Source: an uncultured delta proteobacterium (GTDB taxonomy: Bacteria > Desulfobacterota > Binatia > Bin18). From it: a stretch of DNA of 39,900 nt. The notes under the pieces were generated by a model. The model had not been told where the DNA came from, did no database searches, and was given only the letters and a program-made list of their open reading frames with translations. How positions within the stretch are numbered: the stretch's first letter is position 1; every line of letters starts with the position of its first letter. A program made the position numbers and the translations under genes. The stretch is taken from positions 1 through 39,900 of the forward strand of contig CAVTCR010000054.1 of assembly GCA_963733195.1 (NCBI GenBank). Reading direction: 5' to 3'. Shown here one piece after another: positions 32,372 through 39,900 of this stretch.

Positions 32372-32420
32372 CGCAGTGATAGCAATGAGAACAGTTCACC
32401 CGTTACCCTCACCCTACCCC

Positions 32421-32849
32421 CTATCGTTGCGGCCCGGATAGTTTGGATACTTCCTTGAGTGTTTCGCCCGCCAACTTGGTATTACCGCTTACCGCGAGGT
32501 CGTCGAGCGAGACAATCCCCACGAGGTGATTGTCATGATTCAAGACGAGCAACCGGCGCACCTGCTGCGCTTCCATGAGCGCGGCTGCTTCAACGATGTC
32601 TTGATCTTCAAAGCAGCAGACTACATTGGTGGTCATGACATCACACACTTGAATCATTGTCGGGTCGCATCCTGCGGCGGTCGCTCGCACCGCCAGATCG
32701 CGATCGGTGAGGAGGCCGATCACACGGTCCCCGTTGCATACCGGCAGCACACCAATCTCTAGCGCGTCCATCTTTTCGGCAACTTCTTGTAGAAGCGCAT
32801 CCGAACGAACAACTTCGGGATTATGAGTCATGACCTCTTTGACTTGCAT
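32421..32849 (-). CDS. CBS-pair protein
   Basis: VKEVMT, IGVLPV, GLLTDRDL, QVRRLLV, GIVSLDDL; SD AAGGAGGTG. Confidence 0.93.
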   Translation of the reverse strand: MQVKEVMTHNPEVVRSDALLQEVAEKMDALEIGVLPVCNGDRVIGLLTDRDLAVRATAAGCDPTMIQVCDVMTTNVVCCFEDQDIVEAAALMEAQQVRRLLVLNHDNHLVGIVSLDDLAVSGNTKLAGETLKEVSKLSGPQR

Positions 32850-33008
32850 GCGTCACCTCCTTATTGTGAATGCTGACGAAACGCTCTCCTGCAGTTGTAG
32901 CTTCTCCTAAGTTCTTCTCCCCTCGATGCCAGGGCCTTCCCTATAATCATTAAGGCTGCTCTTCTCTCAGCAGCCACAACAGTGCCTCATCGTAGAGAAT
33001 GAAGGAGA

Positions 33009-33023
33009 GCACACGCCATGCCA
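33009..33023 (-). promoter_or_regulatory. sigma-54 promoter candidate (CBS gene)
   Basis: Minus strand TGGCATGGCGTGTGC = GG-N10-GC. Confidence 0.55.
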
Positions 33024-33028
33024 GACGC

Positions 33029-33620
33029 AGTCAGAGTACCGCCCGTAGGCGGGCGGTTTGCTGAGTGTGGCTCCCTCAAAGGGAGCGTTAGAAGCGGCCT
33101 TCCTTATCCGCTTGTTCTTGTTCCCGGATGTACTTCTGTACACTCTCCAACTCAAAGCCCACTGTGGATACGGCATAACCCCGTGCCCAGAAGTGTTCTC
33201 CGACGAAGTTCCGCTCCTTCTCTTGGGCGCGCCGCGCGATGGCCAGGGCACTCTTGCCCTTCAGAAAGCCAATCACTGACGCGAGCGCGTGTTTGGGCGG
33301 AATCTCGATACACCTATGGACATGATCGGCCAGCAAATGCCCTTCAATGATTCGACCCTCTTTCTGCCGCGCGAGGTCGGGAAGAATTTCACCGAGCCTT
33401 TGTCTTACTTCTCCGTCAATCGCCTTGCGACGATACTTGGGAATGAACACCACGTGCTACTTGCACTCCCACCTGGAATGCGCCAGGCTCTTCATGGTTC
33501 CCGACATCAACAGTTCTCCTTTCGTAAGTTTTCAGCAAACCACCGAAAGAGGACTGTACGCCGGGAACGCTCAAAGCTCTTCGTGTCTCACTGGTGAACC
33601 AGTGGCTTACCTCCTAGGAT
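33029..33620 (-). mobile_element. IS200-type element (tnpA only) with subterminal hairpins; boundaries approximate
   Basis: Hairpins accgcccgtaggcgggcggt (about 33038-33057) and cactggtgaaccagtg (about 33589-33604) flank tnpA. Confidence 0.8.
33088..33507 (-). pseudogene. tnpA: IS200/IS605 Y1 transposase with an in-frame amber stop
   Basis: SLAHSRWECK*HVVFIPKYRR (TAG 33457-33459 replaces Tyr), HUH motif DHVH, GFLKGKS, FWARGY, catalytic Tyr in KYIREQ. Confidence 0.88.
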
Positions 33621-33696
33621 TAGTTATCTCTTATTATGCCGATGCTGCGCAGCTTTCTTCTTTCCGCGTTATCCTCATCACTCAAATATACTTTAT

Positions 33697-33711
33697 TGGT
33701 ACAGATCTTGC
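33697..33711 (+). promoter_or_regulatory. sigma-54 promoter candidate (USP)
   Basis: TGGTACAGATCTTGC = GG-N10-GC. Confidence 0.65.
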
Positions 33712-33760
33712 GGTTGTAATTTCACAGAAGGGAATTATACAATTTGGAATTGGAATAAAA

Positions 33761-34667
33761 ATGCGCCGACTAACAAAAATCTTGGTGGGATATGATTTCC
33801 GCACAGGCGGTAAGACAGCTCTGCACTCAGCGACAACGCTTGCCACATGCTGTGGGGCGCAGCTCAAATTGGTCCATGTGGTAGAGCCCTATCCTGTTTA
33901 CCAACAGCTCTCCCATCCATTGACGACGCCGTACACTACGGAAACGCTCGTGCAAAAAGCTGGGGAGCAATTACAGCGGTTGGTGACTACCGCAGAGCCT
34001 GGTGTAGCACGTGTTGAGTACGAGGTGCGGACGGGTAAACCATTCGTCGAGCTTATCCTAGCCCACCGCGCTTGGCAGGCAGATCTGATTGTTGTCGGAG
34101 GCCCGACACAAGAATCAGGACGTTTTCTCGGCAGTACGAGTGAGCGCGTACTCCGCAAAGCTATGACGCCGGTCTTGATCACGAAGCAACCCTTGGACGC
34201 GGGACCCAAGACCATCTTGGTTCCTAGCGATTTCTCTACTAGCGCTATGCAAGCGGCTGAGGAGGCGGTCGCACTTGTCCAACACTTTGGCGGACGTATC
34301 CTGTTTTTCCATGTAATAAATATCCCAGCAGTGTATGCTGTTGGCTATGAGCCAATGCTAGACGACGACCCTGCCAGTACCACCGCTCACGCCCGCCGAG
34401 CTTGAACCCGAGTGGGACACATTCTTCGCAGGTTTGCCTTCGCTTGCCACGGTGACGTGGGAGAAGTACACCACCGAAGGCTCTCCTGTACCGACGATCA
34501 TCCGCGTAGCCGAGGAACACCAAGCGGACCTTATTGTCATGGGCACGCACGGACGAACGGGACTGGCGCATATGTTGTTGGGCAGCGTGGCTGAGGGAGT
34601 TGTGCGGCAGGCGCCCTGCTCAGTGCTTACTATCCGGCCGGACGCGTTGCGATTTGAGCTTCCCTAA
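33761..34667 (+). CDS. Tandem universal stress protein; one frameshift near 34365
   Basis: KILVGYDF...ADLIVVG...LGSTSERVLR, and ILVPSDFS...ADLIVMGTHGRTGLAHMLLGSVAEGVVRQAPCSVL. Confidence 0.9.
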
Positions 34668-35003
34668 CGCAGTCGCCGTACACGCTTCTTGACGCTGAAC
34701 CCGATCTCCTTACTGCGGCTGTTTGCTTCTAAAAACCGTCCACCTTCATGTCCAGATAAAGTCTACGCTTACGAATGCACTGCACAGAAGCGTGCTCGAC
34801 TCATTCACAATAGAGGAGCCGAGCATCCTCTCTCTCCTTTCAAACTCATTTTCAGTAGAGACCGCTAATCGTTTTTCTCTACTTCCTACTGTTGTCGCTA
34901 AACTCCTGCATACAAGTCGTGATATTCTCTCCAATACATATAACTATTTGTTTTGGGGTCTACTTTTTTCTTTACTACCTTTACCTCTGCGTTACTTTGG
35001 CGA

Positions 35004-35018
35004 TGGCATTAATATTGC
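35004..35018 (+). promoter_or_regulatory. sigma-54 promoter candidate (Zn dehydrogenase)
   Basis: TGGCATTAATATTGC = GG-N10-GC. Confidence 0.7.
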
Positions 35019-35066
35019 CACACCATGTAAGAACGCCAAAGAAAACGAACTCATCAGGAGGAAAAA

Positions 35067-36245
35067 ATGAAAGCCTTGTGTTGGTATGGTAAAAATGACG
35101 TGCGCGTCGAAACTGTACCTGACCCAACAATCCTTGATCCCCGTGACGCTATCATCAAGCTTACGACGACAGCGATCTGCGGCTCTGATCTTCATCTCTA
35201 TGATGGTTATATTCCAACGATGGAGAGAGGAGATATCCTAGGCCACGAAAGTATGGGTGAGGTCATCGAGGTCGGGAACGAGGTCAAAAAACTCAAGAAA
35301 GGGGATCGTGTTGTTGTTCCTTTCACTATCTCATGCGGTCAGTGTTTTTTCTGTCAAAAAGAGCTGTGGTCGTTATGCGATAACTCCAATCCCAATGCTG
35401 CAATGGCGGAAAAACTCTACGGGTACTCGCCGTCAGGACTCTTCGGCTACTCGCACATGCTCGGCGGCTACCCAGGGGGGCAGGCTGAATACTTGCGTGT
35501 TCCGTTTGCCGATGTCGGTCCCCTTAAGATTCCTGATGGAATACCAGACGAAAAAGTAGTCTTTCTCTCTGACATTTTTCCCACCGGATACATGGCAGCG
35601 GAAAATTGCAACATTGAAAAAGGCGATACAGTGGCAGTCTGGGGATGTGGGCCAGTCGGACAGTTCTCGATTAAAAGTGCCTACATGCTTGGCGCTGAGC
35701 GAGTCATTGCTATCGACCGCGTGCCGGAGCGGCTGCAAATGGCGCAAGAGCACGGCAAAGCCGAGGTACTGGATTTCTCTGATGAATATGTGTTCGACAA
35801 GCTCACAGAGATGACTGGCGGGCGGGGACCAGACTCATGTATCGATGCGGTTGGAATGGAAGCACACAGTGCAGGCAGTATTGACGCGATGTATGATGCA
35901 GCCAAGGCAGCGATGTTTTTAGCGACCGATCGTCCACACGCACTTCGACAAGCGATTCATGCATGCCGAAAAGGCGGTACAGTCTCTGTCCCTGGCGTAT
36001 ATGGTGGCTTTCTTGACAAAATTCCATTCGGCGCAGTGGTGAATAAAGCGTTAACGATCAAGTCAGGACAGACGCACATGCATAAATATATGCGCCCGCT
36101 ACTCCAACGAATTCAAAATGGTGAGATCGATCCGTCGTTCGTTATCACTCACCGTTTGCGGCTTGAAGAGGCTCCCCACGGCTACGAAATTTTCAAACAT
36201 AAGCAAGACCACTGTATCAAGATCGTGTTAAAGCCACATGGCTAA
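35067..36245 (+). CDS. Zn-dependent alcohol/formaldehyde dehydrogenase (YbdR-like MDR)
   Basis: [18 protein letters not shown]...[17 protein letters not shown]; SD AGGAGG. Confidence 0.95.
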   Translation: MKALCWYGKNDVRVETVPDPTILDPRDAIIKLTTTAICGSDLHLYDGYIPTMERGDILGHESMGEVIEVGNEVKKLKKGDRVVVPFTISCGQCFFCQKELWSLCDNSNPNAAMAEKLYGYSPSGLFGYSHMLGGYPGGQAEYLRVPFADVGPLKIPDGIPDEKVVFLSDIFPTGYMAAENCNIEKGDTVAVWGCGPVGQFSIKSAYMLGAERVIAIDRVPERLQMAQEHGKAEVLDFSDEYVFDKLTEMTGGRGPDSCIDAVGMEAHSAGSIDAMYDAAKAAMFLATDRPHALRQAIHACRKGGTVSVPGVYGGFLDKIPFGAVVNKALTIKSGQTHMHKYMRPLLQRIQNGEIDPSFVITHRLRLEEAPHGYEIFKHKQDHCIKIVLKPHG

Positions 36246-36345
36246 GGCAGAAAGCATAACCTTCGTACACTGATAGAATTTCTCTGAGAGACCCTTTGCA
36301 GAGGGTTTACCCTGAGCCTCGTCGAAGAGTTCAGAGTGACAACTT

Positions 36346-36363
36346 TAGGGTGTCGACACCCTA
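36346..36363. other. Perfect 18-bp palindrome
   Basis: TAGGGTGTCGACACCCTA, just after a REP-like ccctgagcctcgtcgaagag unit. Confidence 0.5.
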
Positions 36364-36382
36364 GTAAAAGAAAGGCAAGGAT

Positions 36383-36574
36383 ATGACCAAGAAAAAAACG
36401 TTGCAAGCTCGTCCTGGCGCACAGGGCGCTGCGAAAAAACCTCGCTCTCGCGGCAAGAAGTCTACGACAATATCGCAGTCTCCTACACAAACGAATCAGC
36501 CTTACGAGCAAGATATGAAACGTCGCATTGGCCAGTTTAGTGGAGTTGGCGAACCGCCATTGATGAAAAAGTAA
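36383..36574 (+). CDS. Small basic hypothetical protein (63 aa)
   Basis: AAGG SD, Lys/Arg-rich N-terminus, C-terminal YEQDMKRRIGQFSGVGEPPLMKK. Confidence 0.6.
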   Translation: MTKKKTLQARPGAQGAAKKPRSRGKKSTTISQSPTQTNQPYEQDMKRRIGQFSGVGEPPLMKK

Positions 36575-36607
36575 AAGGCTACACGGACGATAATAAGTCC
36601 TATAGCC

Positions 36608-36793
36608 ACGTGGCGGGCGCAGCCCGTCTTCGCACCAGGGAAAAAGGGGAAATGGCTAAATGGGGAAACGGAGAAGACAAGAAAAAAAGCGCTCTCTTCC
36701 TTTTCCCCTTTAACCTTTTCGCCGTTGACCCTTCTTAATTCGTAGGGCAGGCTGTGCCTGCCATCGTCAACTAGCACTCTATATCTTGCTGTG
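36608..36793. repeat. REP-like palindromes enclosing inverted purine/pyrimidine 8-mer arrays
   Basis: tggcgggcgcagcccgtc, ggggaaat/ggctaaat/ggggaaac arrays, the complementary ttttcccc/tttaacct arrays, and gtagggcaggctgtgcctgccat (36742-36764). Confidence 0.6.
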
Positions 36794-36884
36794 CCGTACA
36801 TATAGGAAGTGCACCGGCTAGTAGGGACTACACCGTGGAACAATGGGTAGCATGAAGTAATCTCATCTGTGACAGAAGCAAGAG

Positions 36885-38297
<1,413 letters not shown>

Positions 38298-38298
38298 T

Positions 38299-38874
38299 CT
38301 ATGCTGCGCGTCGCCTGCTGCGTTGACCTTTTCCTCTTCCAACATTCCTGCCTTCATCCTCTTCCATGTCCTGTATGTCTTCCATCTCTTGATCGCTCAT
38401 ACTTGCCCTTTCTTGCTCTTCGTCGTCCTCGTCCCCTTCCAGTAACTCATTCCGGCGTGTCTCCACTTCCTCCCCGAGTGCGGCCAAATGCTTGGCGGAC
38501 AGACGTTTCTGCGCCTGAGGAAACATTTCTTTTTCCTCTTCTTTCACATGGTGCATAAGGTATTCACACAGTACTTTTACTTTGGCGTCATAGCGCTCAT
38601 CGTCCGGTTGCAACTCGCCGAGTTCGGCCAGTAACATTTTTGTCACATGATGTTCCTCTAACGCCTCATTCACCTGCTCTTTCATTGAGCGCTGCTCCAT
38701 AAACGCGGGATATACCAACTCTTCTTCTACTTGTGCATGGGCAGTAAGAGCCTGCGTGATTTGAGTGATAAGATCCGACTTTTTCTGTCCTGCATTATTC
38801 TTCAGGTTCTCAAATTCTTCGAACAAGCTCTTCACCATTTTGTGATCTTTTTTGAGTAGTTGAATAACGTCCAT
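38299..38874 (-). CDS. Hemerythrin (HHE) domain protein with acidic/basic tail
   Basis: LLKKDH, HAQVEEELVYP, EEHH, HHVKEEEKEMFP; SD AAGGA before ATG 38874. Confidence 0.92.
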   Translation of the reverse strand: MDVIQLLKKDHKMVKSLFEEFENLKNNAGQKKSDLITQITQALTAHAQVEEELVYPAFMEQRSMKEQVNEALEEHHVTKMLLAELGELQPDDERYDAKVKVLCEYLMHHVKEEEKEMFPQAQKRLSAKHLAALGEEVETRRNELLEGDEDDEEQERASMSDQEMEDIQDMEEDEGRNVGRGKGQRSRRRAA

Positions 38875-38918
38875 ATAGTTTTTTCCTTTCTGGAAGAAAT
38901 AAATATTAATAAAATGCT

Positions 38919-38933
38919 GCAAACTATATGCCA
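38919..38933 (-). promoter_or_regulatory. sigma-54 promoter candidate (hemerythrin)
   Basis: Minus strand TGGCATATAGTTTGC = GG-N10-GC. Confidence 0.7.
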
Positions 38934-39077
38934 CGAGAATGATAAGTCGATGCGAAAGAGGGTATTTGACACTATATGTTACTAAGTATGCTTGCCTCTG
39001 GGCGCTCGTACGCCTCAGAAAAAGCCATCCTTCATACATAGTCAGAACGGCACTCACAGATCTCACTCATGTGCTGG

Positions 39078-39697
39078 TTATTGGCTAAGAACGTTAAGTT
39101 TTAATTTCGTAGACGGACGGATGTCAGCTTTAAGCAATCGCTGCATCTGTTGAAGTGCATGGCGATTTTCCCCGGATCAATCGAGGCAACACAATCAGAA
39201 GGCACAACAAGGTGAAAATCGCGCAAGTATGCATCGTGTGCGGTAAATAGCACGCAATTATCGCCGGTCAGTCCAGTCAGGATCAGTGTCTTCGCTTTTA
39301 GATAATCAAGCAGCATATCGAGTGTAGTGGAGAAGAAACCGGAATGCTTCGGCTTGAGGACAAAATAGTCATCCTCTTCCGGTGCTAGCAGTCGGACGAT
39401 AGGTTCACCGTAGGTTTTATCTTCCAGACAATGTGCCACCTGCCTGCGGAAATCAGATCGCCACTTCCCAAAATTGTCATTGACGTACACAACAGGAATA
39501 CCTGCTTGTTTGACACGTCGCTTCAACCCAACGAGCCGTTTGGCCATCGGCAACGCTCTGGTCAACAACTTCTTACCTTCTGGAAAATCTAGATCGTTGA
39601 TCACATCGATTAGCAACAACGCCACACTAGAATGGTCAGGCACATTGCCATGCAGATTGCTCTTCTTGGCAGGAATCTTCTTTCCGCGTTGATTCAC
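39078..39697 (-). CDS. Isochorismatase-family cysteine hydrolase; frameshift near 39170
   Basis: LLIDVIND, YVNDNFG, LKPKHSGF, GLTGDNCV (D-K-C triad). The family-like end ENRHALQQMQRLLKADI is in another frame, ending at 39078. Confidence 0.88.
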
Positions 39698-39900
39698 TTC
39701 GATCTTCCTCGGGCACCCACCACGACAGAGCTGGTGAGAAGACTGCATTTGGAGCGACTAAGGGGTTACCCCAAATATCCAAACTGATAAAGTGATTACC
39801 AGTGCAATATCTCAATCACTGGGTGTGGGTTACTTCACCTCGCCAGGCATCCGTCTCTTGCCCACGAGATTCGATAAAATTCTTAAAGCGCTTCAAATCA

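Noticed and set aside
33457-33459. Amber codon as pyrrolysine or readthrough in tnpA
   Set aside because: It replaces a conserved Tyr by one base change in a mobile element, and no pyl genes are in the window.
33029-33620. TnpB/IscB RNA-guided nuclease associated with the IS200
   Set aside because: The element is only about 0.6 kb and encodes tnpA alone.
33347-33760. 138-aa N-terminal extension of the USP
   Set aside because: It is antisense IS200 and promoter DNA; the USP domain begins at ATG 33761, just after a sigma-54 motif.
38875-39066. N-terminal extension of the hemerythrin ORF
   Set aside because: It spans the promoter motif; the SD and domain start support ATG 38874.

Overview
Bacterial general-stress gene island with no rRNA, tRNA or CRISPR detected. 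Effector genes: TPP-dependent pyruvate oxidase-like enzyme, large-subunit catalase KatE, GH15 glycoside hydrolase, AI-2E transporter, BON and general-stress membrane proteins, SDR, phosphoketolase, a YdbH-like protein plus a YnbE-YdbL fusion lipoprotein, CHAD, pyrophosphatase, CBS, tandem USP, Zn-dependent dehydrogenase, hemerythrin and cysteine hydrolase. Two minus-strand signalling operons are interleaved: (i) a CheB::receiver chimera, double-domain kaiC, kaiB and a PAS kinase; (ii) a stressosome rsbR-S-T, a PP2C-type gene and two hybrid kinases. Both operons end in closely related PAS-HisKA-HATPase kinases and start from homologous divergent control regions. About 12 effector transcription units are preceded by a sigma-54 -24/-12 motif (GG-N10-GC). 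Two of them (katE and SDR) share a leader at identical spacing from the promoter that can fold into a conserved hairpin. Main inference: a KaiBC module and a stressosome may converge on a sigma-54-dependent general stress regulon. Three decayed IS elements, a MITE-like element, REP-like palindromes and short tandem repeats are also present. Many single-base frameshifts, very dense at about 3.9-7.0 kb, look like long-read errors, so gene integrity there cannot be settled from this sequence. All family assignments are by motif recognition only; no searches were run.
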